A stretch of DNA of 57,561 bases from Octopus bimaculoides (taxonomy: Eukaryota): the NCBI RefSeq assembly GCF_001194135.2, contig NC_068995.1:21879625-21937185 (forward strand), written 5' to 3'. Positions 26,872-41,051 of the stretch are shown here, one piece after another. Numbering within the stretch: the stretch's first letter is position 1; each line of letters opens with the position of its first letter. The notes under the pieces are model-generated. The model saw only the letters and a list, made by a program, of their open reading frames with translations. It was not told where the DNA came from and searched no databases. A program made the position numbers and the translations under genes.

Positions 26872-27959
26872 GTGTCATAGAAGGTCGTTACTGGGGAGTA
26901 AAACACAACGTGCACTGCACAAAGAACACACAATGCTAAAACAAATACAACAGGAAACTCAAGCCAAACATCGGTAAAATCCTACAGATAGAATGCAGCA
27001 CACCCCACCAACACAAAGTTACAACAATTGATGCAATAGAATGTTGCTTGAAACTATCAGATGTGATGTGGAAAAATAATAGTGGGATGACGTTGGTGAC
27101 GAATGTTACCTTACCTCAGTTTAATAGAGACAGGAGTTTCCAAAGCAACTCTGGTATAATAGCAAAAATGAAGGACATTTAAGGGAAGGCCTCTCGTTGA
27201 GCAGCAATTCAGTAAAGATACAGGTTGACCACAGCTGTTAACCTAATACAGCATCAGCAGATAATAGAGTAAGGAGGAGGAAGTGGATCAGCGAAGAAAA
27301 TATGATAGCGATGCAGTGCTACTTCGAAAGTGAACCTAAGAGAAGGGATTATAGAAAACGCATGTTGGCACTTTTGGTAGAGCATGGTATGTTTAAAGTG
27401 ACTGAGATCAAGTTAATGCTATTCGCAGAAGAAAGTGGGTGACAGAATTTGGAGTAGAAGAGATCACAAGAGAAATGGAAAAGAAAGACCAAGCAGTAGG
27501 AAAGACAAACAACAACATAAATAGAACCCAAAGGAAAGAATAAGAGCGATACCAATAAGGAAGGGACAACTGGCGCCAGCGACTTAAGTGATTTAAGTCA
27601 GAAAGATGAAAAGATTTTAGATGATTTGCTAGAAGTAATGAGTAAAAAGTTAGACAAACTTGCTAACATTAAAAGGTACTATGAGAGAGAAGCTGCTAGA
27701 AATGACTAAGACAGTAGATTGTGTTTTCAGTAGGATAGATACCAAAAATATCGGAGACACTAACTTATTGATCTATGTAGGAGAGGAAGTAGTCTCCAGA
27801 CGATGAGATATCTCATACGCAAAGAGTTAAAAAGAGCAAATGTGGAAAAGGAGACTACAAAATAAAGTGAAGAATTTAAGACAAGATCTGAGAAGAACAG
27901 AAGCCTGGAAAACAGACTAGTTAGGAAACACAAGAGGCAAATCTCCCCTTGATAAAAGC
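26872..27959 (+). mobile_element. Dong/R4-type 5' fragment Y (5' region plus N-terminal ORF domain, no RT)
   Basis: RRRKWISEENMIAMQCYFESEPKRRDYRKRML...KVTE/DQVNAIRRRKW and NIGDTNLLIYVG...WKRRLQNKVKNLRQDL resemble the R4/Dong N-terminus. Starts after tataataat, ends at (AGT)n. Confidence 0.7.

Positions 27960-28020
<61 letters not shown>
27960..28020. repeat. (AGT)n microsatellite
   Basis: Visible directly. Confidence 0.95.
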
Positions 28021-28021
<1 letters not shown>

Positions 28022-28332
28022 ATGTTGAAAAAATTGATACACGATGTATTGAAAAAATAGTAAAGTACCGGGACCTAGAAGATGAATTACAGAGACAATG
28101 GAAAGTACGGGTACAACGTATCCCAGTAGTTATGCGTGCACTGGAAACAATCGCTAAAGATCTGAACAGATGGATAGAGAAAATAGGCATAAAACCCAGT
28201 TTAGAACAGCTCCAGGAAACACTGTTATTATGGACAGCTAATATACTTAGAAGTGTTCTTGGCATCTAAGGCCACTTGTTGTAGCCCGATGGTAGGATTT
28301 TATCCTTTTCCAATAGTCTAATATGTTGTGTG

Positions 28333-28391
<59 letters not shown>
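28021..28391 (+). mobile_element. Dong/R4-type fragment X2 (RLE C-terminus, 3' UTR, (AAT)n tail)
   Basis: EKIVKYRDLEDELQRQWKVRVQRIPVVMRALETI...TANILRSVLGI* (stop 28269), short UTR, then (AAT)n 28336-28391. Confidence 0.8.
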
Positions 28392-28393
<2 letters not shown>

Positions 28394-29645
28394 CGACAAC
28401 TGTTGACAATGCATAGAATGCACCACCCTAAGGCAGATATAGAACGTCTTTATCTGCCAAGAAAAGAGGGAGGCCGAGGACTTCTACAGCTGGCATTATC
28501 AATGAAGGTAGCCACAATTGGCCTAGACACCTATCTGAAAAACTCTGAGGACTGGATGCTAAAACGTGTCTTAAAACATGAANNNNNNNNNNNNNNNNNN
28601 NNNNNNNNNNNNNNNNNNNNNNNNNNNNNNNNNNNNNNNNNNNNNNNNNNNNNNNNNNNNNNNNNNNNNNNNNNNNNNNNNNNNNNNNNNNNNNNNNNNN
28701 NNNNNNNNNNNNNNNNNNNNNNNNNNNNNNNNNNNNNNNNNNNNNNNNNNNNNNNNNNNNNNNNNNNNNNNNNNNNNNNNNNNNNNNNNNNNNNNNNNNN
28801 NNNNNNNNNNNNNNNNNNNNNNNNNNNNNNNNNNNNNNNNNNNNNNNNNNNNNNNNNNNNNNNNNNNNNNNNNNNNNNNNNNNNNNNNNNNNNNNNNNNN
28901 NNNNNNNNNNNNNNNNNNNNNNNNNNNNNNNNNNNNNNNNNNNNNNNNNNNNNNNNNNNNNNNNNNNNNNNNNNNNNNNNNNNNNNNNNNNNNNNNNNNN
29001 NNNNNNNNNNNNNNNNNNNNNNNNNNNNNNNNNNNNNNNNNNNNNNNNNNNNNNNNNNNNNNNNNNNNNNNNNNNNNNNNNNNNNNNNNNNNNNNNNNNN
29101 NNNNNNNNNNNNNNNNNNNNNNNNNNNNNNNNNNNNNNNNNNNGAAAGACTTCAGACAAAAATCATGCCTCCTCATTGATATGACTGTCCCAATCGATAT
29201 AAACGTATCTGTCAAGACCTACCAAAAACTGAGCAAATATAAAGATCTTGAAATAGAAATTAGCAAAATGTGGAATCTGAAGACGAAAACAATACCTATT
29301 GTCATAGGTGCCCTGGGAATGACAGCGAAACGGGCTGATTACTACCTAGCTCAGATTTCAGGAAACCCCAAAATGGCTGAAGTTCAAAAGATAGTGCTCA
29401 TGGGAACTGCCCATATCCTACGTAAAATACTGTCTATGTGATCTCAAATTTTAAAACAAACACATAATTTTCTTATGATTTGTTAAACATTCACTTGACC
29501 AAAACTGTACAAATCCAAACATATGGTACCCTAGGCATAACACCTACATGAACTTCTAACTTGTTGTCTCTTGAGGTCTCTGGGTGAGACTTGGATCCAA
29601 CTTGTACAAATGCAAAACAAAAGTCAAACATAAAATAATAATAAT
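28392..29645 (+). mobile_element. 5'-truncated Dong/R4-type element Z (middle hidden in gap), same family as 1-349
   Basis: TRQLLTMHRMHHPKADIERLYLPRKEGGRGLLQL before the gap; KSCLLIDMTVPIDINVSVKTYQKLSKYKDLEIEISKMWNLKTKTIPIVIGALG...LSM* (stop 29441) after it; (AAT)n on both flanks. Confidence 0.88.
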
Positions 29646-29686
<41 letters not shown>

Positions 29687-32600
29687 CGGTAATAATAATA
29701 ATCATAATAATAATAATAATAATGATAATACTAATAATAAAGTCTTTGAAAAATATATAGTATTATAATGGTTTCAGGTACATAAATATAAAATCGAAAT
29801 TCTTGAATAATTTCCATTTGCATATTAGATGACTACATATATTTTATCACAAATCTATGGTACATGAAATTCAATGGCTAGCACTTTATTCAGATAAGGG
29901 TAATCAACGAATCGAATCTTAAGTTGGCATGTACTCTGGTATATACTCCCATTCAATTAATTTGATATTGACAGCAATATTATATTTGCGTATTTAAAAC
30001 AGCGGTGATGTCATTGTAACATCAATCTAGACAAAGTAAGCCTTTACATTTAGCATGAAACTTCACTTAAGTTACGTTTGAATGCATTAGACTGTTGCCT
30101 GCACTTTACATCATAGCAAGAAAACTGTCTGCCAACTGCGTTTGCCATATGGTGGTTTATGAATCAAGATGTAACATGCGTCTTCCCACTTAAATGTAAG
30201 ATGTAAAATGCTTCTTCCCACTTAAATTATATATATTTATTTCTTAAATTCTTTGACATCTCTGAATTCGCATGGAAACTATACTCTTTCATGTCATCAT
30301 CGATCTCTTTTTTGGCACACGTTTATTTCTTGAAATTCTAATCCATATTATTATCAAATAGAAAAGATGATTTGGTTTCACTCTAGCATCGCTGATAAGC
30401 TTGCATATAATATTTATTTCAACTATAAGCAAAGGTTGCCCTTGTATGTCATTTGCTAACCTTCAAACGATATCATATTTCCATTGGATAAGGGACCAGC
30501 TGCAATGTAGTTACTGGTTTTCTTCCTATCATAAAGTTACAAATAATTTCACAATCCTCTGGTTCACACAACAACAGTTTTATGTTTGCAGGATTAGCAA
30601 ATTTTTTCATATACGACTAATCTATTTGGGAATGAGCAAACCAAAGTCATCAATGGTTTTACATATATTTAAATTGTGTTTGAAGGTATTTGTGAAACAT
30701 ACATAAGCTTCTTAGATTCTGATTTATTCGTAATTCCACAGCGGCATCTCAGTTTTGTTTTGTATTATTTTAATCCTGTCTTGATACAACTTGACACATT
30801 ATAGCAACGTTTCATAGCTTTCTTCAAAATCTCATCTCCGCTTTTTCGAGAAAATTAATTTAGGAAAGTGGCTTGTTTTCCTCAGGCTTTTACATTAGGA
30901 TTCCTTGCATAGCGTGAACTGCTATGTTGGATCAACTATTTCAAGTAATCCAACCCAATCAAATACTTTCAGCTATGATATTTTTGTTTCGTTTTCGCTG
31001 GTAAGTTTCTGCCTTGAGATATTTGCCAAAAGTTAGCTGTAATGTTGTGCAGTGATACAAAAGAACAAATTATGTAGGACAATTAAAATTATATATTTAG
31101 TGTCATAAATGTTTCCATACACTTCAGTGGTACAACACACCAAAACCAATTTGTGCTGTCACCAAAAAGTATTTGTGAATTTCTCGTCCTTGTGTAGAGA
31201 CATTCACCCAGGTGAATTTAATTTTTGCTTTATGAATGTGGGTAGTTTTATACTTATCCAACTTCCGCATCCCTGGTTGTAACTTACACGTTTTGGAATG
31301 TTCATTGGTGGATTCGAATTTTTTTGAATTGGTAAAGGCCATAACCTATTTCTCGATTGCAAAGATCATTCGCTCTTCGTGTTTTTCAAGAAACTCTGGT
31401 AATTTAAACTATTTTACTTTCGCCCGCTCCGTTGTTCACACTCAGTTCTATCATTCTTGGGAACTCCTCCGCGCCTGAAGCGGTTCGAAGAGTTGTGATT
31501 TATTAGCATTCAGTTTTTTTGTTAAATTCTCTTGTTTTCTTAATGCTTTGATTGCCTAAGCTAATGTAGAATTGTCAAGGTATAGTCATAATGTTTCATT
31601 ATCATGAAGTGTCATTATAAAATCCAGCACCGCAATGAGCCAACGGGTGAATAGACGAAAGTTCTGCAACTGGATAACAATTGAGGTTATACCAAACTTA
31701 ATGTTTGTGTGTGTCCGGTTAGAATTTTGGAAGTCTTCTAATTCTGCCCCGGATGAATTTAGCATAAGGAATAGCATTATCTGGACAATGCATTACCGGT
31801 ATTGCTCGTTCTTACACATGTATCATTAAATAATCTCAAGGAAAAGTTTTAGATTTAGCTTCCTAACGCTAGGTTTTCAATACAAAATGACTACTAATAA
31901 CTTAATTTCCCCTCAAGGTTATAAATATCAGTAGTGATTTTGAGTTCCCTTCTATTCGTATGATTTGAATTATCGAATCTTTTTTTGTTTTTTTTTTCTT
32001 TTGTAAATAGCTTCACTCCCTCGTAAATTTTGGCTTCGTATTATCATACATATGGTCTTCTTTCAGCAATAAATACGTTTTACTCGTGAAATGATATCAA
32101 CATATGTATATACTAATATACATGTTTAGTAAAATATTTTGAAATATATGTTCATGGAAGACAGAAATTTAACATGTGTCGTGATCTGCTTATTTAAACT
32201 TCAAATTCATACTTACCTCCAAAATCGCAGTAGAGTCTCTGACATACATTCCATATTGCTTGAACAGAATATACGAAAACATCCCATTCCGTCATCTACT
32301 TCAAAATATTGAAATTATACTGCCATCTACTATGCTACGTAATTGGTCTATACAAAGCTAATATATTGCCTGTTATTAAATTACATCATTACAAGATGCA
32401 AGTAATAGAAACTATCACCAAATCCAACTTAGCTTTTGTAAACCACAGTTAGTCATATAATATATGCAAGAACGTCATCTTTGTTGCTGAAACTTTAATA
32501 ATACATTACGTACTTTTTTTAAAAAGAAACAAATACGCATTCTATCTCAGCCATATTTAACAAACACAATCGATCATTCGCGGTATGATCTATATCAATA

Positions 32601-33883
32601 CGAATCCAAACACCTACTCTGAAAATCAACTGATCTGTGATATTCACCGTAGAGACTGAAGGCAGGTTTATGTGTTTTTAAACAAAATATGTCGAATATC
32701 CTTTAGCCATTTTTTCTTTACTCTCAGATAAAATAAAGGAATATAAGAGCGCAAGCATAGTCGGATGTTGAAAATCTTGCTTCTGGAGAAGTTCTACACT
32801 TATGGTCTCATAGTGACTCACATGCATCGAAGCCATAAAACTTCAGCCCCAGATTTAGTGGATACATTTGGTTAGATTTTGGGTTGACGTAAAATATACA
32901 TAAATAGGTCTTAGTCCGTCGTCTTGCACAACAAATAGACTTTAATTTAAAATTCTATACTAAATGAAAAAGAAACATTCCAATAATTTGATTACAAAGT
33001 GAAGCAATTTGACTGCAAGGTGGGTTCGACTTCACTAGAAAACTTACAAACATTTACTTTTGTCTCGAATTACGTACCTAAATATTTTTCTTGTTATACA
33101 GAAAACATATATTCCGCTTGCGTGTATTTGATAACATTACACAAGACGACAAAAATGTTACTCGGTTAAAAAGCATGTTATTTAAATTAAGTAAAGAAAT
33201 TTGTCATTGGATTTAATCAAATTTAAACATTAGTAGAAGTTCGCGATGTCCAATTCTAAGACGGATTCAAATCACTCTTTTTCATTTAAAATTGACAGGC
33301 AGATACCGTGTTTCTGAAACGTCTTCAACAAAAGACTAAAGGACCCGTCGGCAAAGAGAAAAAATAAAGTATGTTGTAGTCTTTCTGTACATTTCCGACT
33401 GAAGTGCATTTAACTTATTTTATACTCAAATGTTTTCAAGAAGTACATTTCCCTTTCATAGATTCTTAATTTATTACGTAATTTAAATAGGCTGGGAACC
33501 TCGGGCAATATAATGACGTTTACCGGAATCAATTCATTCCATTAAATAATGGAGGTGTTTCCACTTTTGACTTTTGTTTTGTATTAATACATTTTATTGC
33601 AGACACCGAACCAACGAATGCATTGAAACCAATTCTTTGTAACAGTTGAATTCTGGAATAAACAAAAAGTTAATTATCAACACCAAGTAAAAAAAATGCA
33701 CACATAAAGTATGCACCATTTCTCCCTCCCAAGTATATCACTCACACTAATGTAAGTTAGTGTGAGTGATATATGCATGTAGTGTGTATATGCATGTAGT
33801 GTGTATCTACGCAGTATTGGTGCATACATATATATANNNNNNNNNNNNNNNNNNNNNNNNNNNNNNNNNNNNNNNNNNNNNNN

Positions 33884-33955
<72 letters not shown>

Positions 33956-35675
33956 GTTAACATTTTTACATACATATATACATACAAACATATATATGTA
34001 CGTGTGTGTCTTTGTCTGTGTCTATGTGTGTAGGCTTGGGTTAGTCTATGTGTTCATCGCCTTCGGTTACAACTCACCATGAGTTGTTTATTTGTGCTAG
34101 AGTTTTCGCTGACCAAAGTAAGCCTTCTTAATTCTGAGAAGACCAGCGTGAAAATGGCACTGTGAGTATCTGCTGCAGAAGTCATATCCGTGTGTGTGTG
34201 TTTGTGTGTGTGTTTGTATGTGTGTGTCCAGTAGTCTGTTAACTCAGCACTGCTCCCATAATTGTATCAGCTTTACCCCTGCAATGCCCTTATCTTTTTT
34301 ACTTATCACGTGATGTATCACTTCATGGTATCTTCTCGCACACGGTCGAGCGGAAGTCTCTCCCTGAATTACCTAACGGCGTTGATCATATTCTGGTCCT
34401 CCATGCATTATCTCTTCAGTGCATCTTGAATGAGTTCGTAAGATTCTAACTCGATACCAATTCTCTATAGAGAATATTCTTTAGAATACAGCCAAGCTGT
34501 GGCTGATTTGGCCACAAATACTCGTAGTCTTTGCTGCGCAACTAACTTAGGCTTCGTGGCATAACAAGGGTTATCTTTGCTACCTGTGCAGATGTACCTA
34601 AGTAACGTCCAACACGGTCCTAGTCCTAGAATCAAGATAAGACTAAGTCTTCTCTCCTGCTTCATGTCTATAAGTCATACAATAGTGAGAGTCTGACGGA
34701 GGTATTATAACCTGAAATTTTTATCGGAAATCTCGGAAACTGTGTATATCAAGACGTGATGTACTTGCGGGACGCTGCTTTTCTAGCTTTCACGTTGATA
34801 ATCCCGGTATAGAAAAAGTAATGGTTAGTGATGGCAGATCCGGAGTCTGTTAACTGATGACAGCAACACCTTTATACTTTTTGATAGAGATGAGCAGTAT
34901 TGTGTCTGCAGGATTGTTTATCTCGCCAGGTGAACCGAAGTTTTTACCAGCATGAGAGATACGGTCAAACTATAAAAAGAACTCATTTTTATTTGATGTA
35001 ATTGTGAATGCTGATTGACTGGAAATATATTTGGTGTTAATTTCTGCAAGAAATTGAGAAGAAACTGATGAAAGACTTCGGCAAAGACTTTGAGAAAGAT
35101 GATGCCATTGTAATAGTAAAGGTCATTTTAATCGCCTTTGCTATGAGAGTAAGCACTGTTATTGTTCGATCTCAGTACGTCTGACGAGTCTCCCTCTTAT
35201 AAGCAATATAACTGACTCCATGCAATTTAGATAGGAAGGGATTCTGTCGTTATTTCACCCTTTAACTGTAGCCAGCCTGTTTTAATTGCAATCTCTTGAA
35301 ACTGTGGATACATGTCCAACTGAAAAACATATCTCCTTGAGCATTCCTAATAGTTGCATTTTTAGATTATATATATTTGCAAAAGACCGTTGTTACAACC
35401 TGTAGTACAACTGATATATGAATTTCTGTAGAGCTATAATTTGCAAGAAATATGCAGTCATTAGAATTACCTTGTATGAGGAAATGAAGCTGTATTTCTG
35501 TTAAATTACAATAGAAGATTTGATGGTTTGATAATTATCGTCACTGAAGTATGAGTCGAAGTTGGATATTTTTTAGAAGGTGCGTAACAGCAACATAATT
35601 ACAAAAGAATTTGCCTAAATTTTATTTCCGAATAAAGAGTTAATGTATGAAACATATGAAAACGAATCAGTTAAT

Positions 35676-35882
35676 GCGCTGATAGGATCTTTAACATGCC
35701 GGGCAATATACTTAGTGCCATTTCGTACGTCTTCACATTCTAAGTTCAAATTCTGCGGAGGTCGACTTTGCCTTTCTTCCTTTCGGGATCAATAATATAA
35801 TACCAACTAAGCGCTGGTATCGATGCAATCGTCTTGCCACATCTCCACAAATTTCGAGCCGTATGCCAAAATTTGAAACCAA
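35676..35882 (+). mobile_element. Type A SINE
   Basis: aagttcaaattctgcggaggtcgactttgcctttc...gtatgccaaaatttgaaacc, homologous to other type A copies. Confidence 0.8.
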
Positions 35883-35901
35883 CATACTGGAATAGAAGTT
35901 A

Positions 35902-36280
35902 TGTTGTTGTTGGCACTCCGTCGCTTACGATGTCGAGAGTTCCAGTTGATCCGATCAATGGAACAGCCTGCTCGTGAAATTAACGTGCAAGTGGCTGAGC
36001 ACTCCACAGACACGTGTATCCTTAACGTAGTTCTCGGAGATATTCAGCGTGACAAGGCTGACCCATTGAATTACAGGAACAACAGAAACAGGAAGTAAGA
36101 GTGAGAGAAAGTTGTGGTGAAAGAGTACAGCAGGGTTCGCCACCACCTCCTGCCGGAGCCTCGAGGAGCTTTTAGGTGTTTTCGCTCAATAAACACTCAC
36201 AGCGCCCGGTCTGGGAATCGAAACCGCGTTCCTATGACCGCGAGTTCGCTGCCCTAACCACTGGACCATTGCACCTCCAC
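35902..36280 (-). mobile_element. tRNA-derived SINE, type D, with (CAA)n tail
   Basis: Minus strand A-box tggtccagtggttagg, B-box ggtttcgattcc; 3' about 150 bp shared with the type C copy; ends ccaacaacaac. Confidence 0.85.
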
Positions 36281-36679
36281 GAAATAGAAGTTATAATATG
36301 TCAATAATTAAATATATTATAGCAATAGAAATTATTTGACATAATGAAAATTACACTGATGTGTAATCAGGGAAATTATGAACCGCATTCAGATAAGGGC
36401 CTCTCTGGTGAATTTAATAAGTTTTTGTTGATTTATACGAAATCTTAGAAGTGTGTGTAGTGTGGTACATTTATTTTGGTAAAAAAGAAAAAAAATGATT
36501 ATAGTCTTCATATTTTGGCTGTCTCAGAAACATAGTTATTAAACTAAACTGACAGAATGCCTTCACAAACTTCCCAAATGTATTAGACTATTGAAACATA
36601 ATAAATAGTGTCATGAGTGTCGGTTGTTTGGTGGGAGAGAATGATTTACGTCTTTAATTATGACAGCAATATTATCGGT

Positions 36680-36865
36680 AGTAAAATTTCCTTTCCGGGC
36701 CTGAAATATTGTTGGTTACATCGACACCAGTGCTTGACTGATACTTAGTTTTTCGAGCTCGAAATGATGAAAGGTGGCCCCTGCAGAATTTGAACTGAGA
36801 ACGTTAATACATGAAATGCTGCTAAACCATTTTTCCCGGCGTGACAGCGATTCTGTCACATCACC
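36680..36865 (-). mobile_element. Type A SINE (left member of head-to-head pair)
   Basis: Reverse complement begins ggtgatgtgacagaatcgctgtcacgccggga...gttctcagttcaaattctgc. Confidence 0.75.
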
Positions 36866-36903
36866 AAGTTGCTGTCGTTAGTAATATTACGACAATGCCA
36901 AAA

Positions 36904-37112
36904 GTGGTGAGGTGGCAGAATTATTACCGCGTCGGGCAAGATGCGTAGTGGTATTTTATCCTCTACGTTCTGAGGTCTAATTCCGCCCAGGTTGACCTTG
37001 CCTTTCATCCTTTCAGAGTCGAGAAATTAAGTGCCACATGAACCCTGGAGTCGATGTAATCGATTTACACCCTCTCCCGAATTGTTTGGCCCTGTGCCAA
37101 AGTTTGAAACCA
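36904..37112 (+). mobile_element. Type A SINE (right member of head-to-head pair)
   Basis: gtggtgaggtggcagaattattaccgcgtcgggc...ttgcctttcatcctttc...gtcgatgtaatcga...gtgccaaagtttgaaacc. Confidence 0.8.
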
Positions 37113-37285
37113 ATATTACTACAACGCCGTCTGCATTTCTTCTGTCGCTGGAAAAGTGATTGCCTTATTGCTTTGCACTACATACTTAACTCAATGTTCA
37201 TTTTAAACTAATGCAAGAGTCATTGAACTTCAAAAACTAACTCACATGCACATGTACACACGAACATATACGCATACACATGCAT

Positions 37286-37352
<67 letters not shown>

Positions 37353-40300
37353 NNNNNNNNNNNNNNNNNNNNNNNNNNNNNNNNNNNNNNNNNNNNNNNN
37401 NNNNNNNNNNNNNNNNNNNNNNNNNNNNNNNNNNNNNNNNNNNNNNNNNNNNNNNNNNNNNNNNNNNNNNNNNNNNNNNNNNNNNNNNNNNNNNNNNNNN
37501 NNNNNNNNNNNNNNNNNNNNNNNNNNNNNNNNNNNNNNNNNNNNNNNNNNNNNNNNNNNNNNNNNNNNNNNNNNNNNNNNNNNTATATATATATTTATAT
37601 ATATATATATATTTATTACGTGTATAAAGATATCCATAAATGGATATATGAATATGTATAAATGTGCGTGTGCGTGTGTGTGTGTGTGTGTATTTACGAA
37701 AGGGATATGGATGAATAAGTAATTGAATATAAATTTAGATTAAATAAGATTTAACTAGGTTTTTGCACAAAGAAACGTAGATGATATTCGAATTGTCAGT
37801 AAGCTTTCTATTAAGAAATATGAATTAATTTAAACTTAATTAATGCTTTTAGAATTGGATAAGCATTTTAGGACTAAAGGAAGCCAGCATTATTCTGCAT
37901 AGAATTTATTTCTAAACCTTTATAGAATTTCTTGTTAAAATATGTCTAGTATTTTTTTCAAACAACATATATTCATTCATTAAGATGAACTGTGTATTGT
38001 ACATTACATTTTTCTTATACAATTTCAGACATAAAATATAGACAGAATTTTCAATAGAATCTTTCTAAATTTCTGTTTTCAAATACTTGATTATATTTGC
38101 CAAGACAAGTGTAAAAGTAATACCATATTCATACTTTCTATTTTATATATGCTTGGGTAAGCTAAATCTCTCAACCATATTGAATAAAAATCCTATATTT
38201 TACTGCCAGCAAGGAAACGACATCATGCACCACTAAGCTAAATAGTTTCATATAAATGCATGCGGCATGCTGTTTACATTGTTCTTTTGAAAGTGAAATC
38301 CAATTCGATACATGTAAAAAGGATTAGATTTTTCCTATATTCGGTGCATTCAAAATAATACTATTTCCTTAACGAGTTTTAAAACAACTATATGATGGGA
38401 AGTATAAAGTAGCAATGACATTCACATTATAGTTATAATCCATTTAGAATGCTTTCCACCGTATTTAATAAGCCTACCACAACAAATTTTATAGTGCATT
38501 CTTATCCCATCTAATTACTAAAAATTGTGTCTCTCCACTTTAACGAAATGAAATGTATTACCATCATGTGACAGTGTATTCTTTTCGATATGGAGCACAT
38601 TGTTAGATATATTCATGATCATAAAAAATATAGAATATATTGCATGATGTATAGAATATGTTCATATCAACAGAAAATATATAGTAACAAGACATTTGGG
38701 AACGTGTCTTCATTCTCCTCTTAGAAATAACTTTTTATTAGACATAGAATATTAATATCGATAGGAAGATGCGTATGTACATTGGAATTCCTATTCAGCA
38801 TACCCATTTTTAATAATTTGCGTTGGATAAGAAGTTTGGTGTACATGGTTTTATGGTTCCTTTATTCGTTCACAAGGCTGCATGGCACGCCAGCTAAAGA
38901 AACCATTTTTCAACTTGGCATATTGTGTTGGCAATGTTATTGCTTTGGTGGTGGTATAGCTCTGGCCAGATTTTTCATAGAACGCAAAGGGCAGAAACAA
39001 ATACATGCAAGGCATCTGGTTCGACACAGTCTCAGTTCTACAAACCTAAGTACCGGAGTGGTTACATTTTATGGAGCAAAAAATCATGAAAGACAATGAT
39101 AACATAGACGGGATTTGAACTCATGCTCCACTGACATTACAATTCCGGGTATGTGGTGTTCACAATTTATTGATGCAGCACACCACAGGATTTACGATTG
39201 TGTTAATGACGACAGATAATTGAATTGTGCGATTTCTTGCTGATATTATTTACTTTTTTGATCTTGTCTAGCATTGTATTCTTAATAATGAATATGTAAT
39301 TCGTCTTGGAAACATGGATAAACGATCAAAGAACATTTATATTAAAACAAAATTCTCTATAATTTCAAAACATATATTTCTTATTTTCGTAACGAAATTC
39401 TGAACGATTTGATTTTCAGAGGCAGAAAAATTGATGAAATCATTCAATTTATAACATATTAGAATAAAATGCTCTCGGTATCACGAATAGAGAGAATGAC
39501 ATCTTCTAATAAAAATGCATTTATGGAGAGCATCCATGAAATATTCTTATGTAATATTAAATTAACGCAATATGTTGAAATAAGGTGGTACTATTAACTA
39601 TAGTTATATATGGTTTAATATTAGACATTGCTAACAAAGATGGATCTTGAGAAAATACATAAATCAACAATAGAAAAATACTTCTTTCAAATTTTGGCAC
39701 TAGGCATGCAATGTTCGGTGAGGGTTTAGTTGATTTCATCGACCAAATGTTTGAGTGACACAAGTAGACGACTTTCTTTAGATTGTCCACTCTGCCTTCA
39801 AGATTTGCATACTAGAATGTGGTGCATTTCCTTCAAAAGATAGGTGGTGGGAGGTAGTATAATATGGCGTCGGTAGATAGCCTCATCTTTCCTAAACATG
39901 ACAGAAACTGTCATAATTCTACAAGTCGGAAATGCCCAAGAACTCTTCTGGCGATTGCATTGCAGGACAGTATCAGCTCTCTACACACAACTCTGGCAGC
40001 CATGCCTGACAGAAGCACAGCACCCATAGATTTTATTCCGGAATTGTAATGCAAACTCATGATAGTAAACAGTTCCCAAATCTGACGTTTATTCAAATTA
40101 CGGTCGCGGTATATCACAGTGATTCAGCATTGAGAGATGGATCTGAATCAAGCCGTTTTCAAGTATTGACTTTTGACACTATCGATTGATGTATCCCGTG
40201 ATGTAGATGGGTCTTTTTGATACGGTGCATGTTCTCCCTCACCTACAAGCACATCGACAAGATTCAATCCTTTCGCTTGGCCCAAATCTTCAAATTTTCA

Positions 40301-40602
40301 ATCAAGTTCTGACGTTATTACGGGTCTGTAGCTATAAGTAACTCTCGTTTTCAGGTCTTTTCTTAACGTTACCACTACATCTTTTTATACAGGACTGAGA
40401 ATTATTCTATCCTGGTTTCAGTTGAAGTAGACATCTGTGAATAGGTCGTTAAACAAATTTTCTGTTGACTGTCCACACTTGGAAACATCTAGCCATCACT
40501 TCCCTTATATTTCGTTAACTTTTAGCGCCTATTCTCAGAGCTTTGCACCTCTATCTGAGTTCCCTGGAGATAGACCGTATAGTTCACCCACATCATTATA
40601 AA

Positions 40603-40660
<58 letters not shown>

Positions 40661-40681
40661 TTAATAATAATNNNNNNNNNN

Positions 40682-40731
<50 letters not shown>

Positions 40732-40778
40732 TTAATAATAATAATAATAATAATGATAAAAACAAACATAATAATAAT

Positions 40779-40986
40779 GGTTTCAAATTTTGCCACAAGT
40801 AGACATTTTGGGGGAGGGGATAAATCAACTACATTGACCCCTGTGTTTCATTGGTACTTAATTTATCGACCACGAAAGGATGAAACGCAAAGTCGGTCTT
40901 GGCGGAAACTGAACTCAGAATGTATCGGCAGACGAAATACCGCTAAGTATTTCGCTCGGCGTGCTAACGATTCTGCCATCTCGCCA
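40779..40986 (-). mobile_element. Type A SINE
   Basis: Reverse complement tggcgagatggcagaatcgttagcacgccgagcgaaatacttagcggtatttcgtc...gagttcagtttcc. Confidence 0.85.
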
Positions 40987-41051
40987 CGTTTTTCCCAGTT
41001 CACCGCCTTAAAAAAAAGTAAAAGAAAAATAAAATAATAGTAATAATAACC

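Noticed and set aside
30200-31830. Several 60-100 codon open stretches (e.g. 31124-31342 minus, 31635-31829 plus)
   Set aside because: No recognisable domain, inconsistent strand and no convincing splice sites.
38782-40500. Stop-poor frames and ORFs at 38782-39099 and 39557-40117
   Set aside because: No recognisable motif; compatible with chance or an unrecognisably old repeat.
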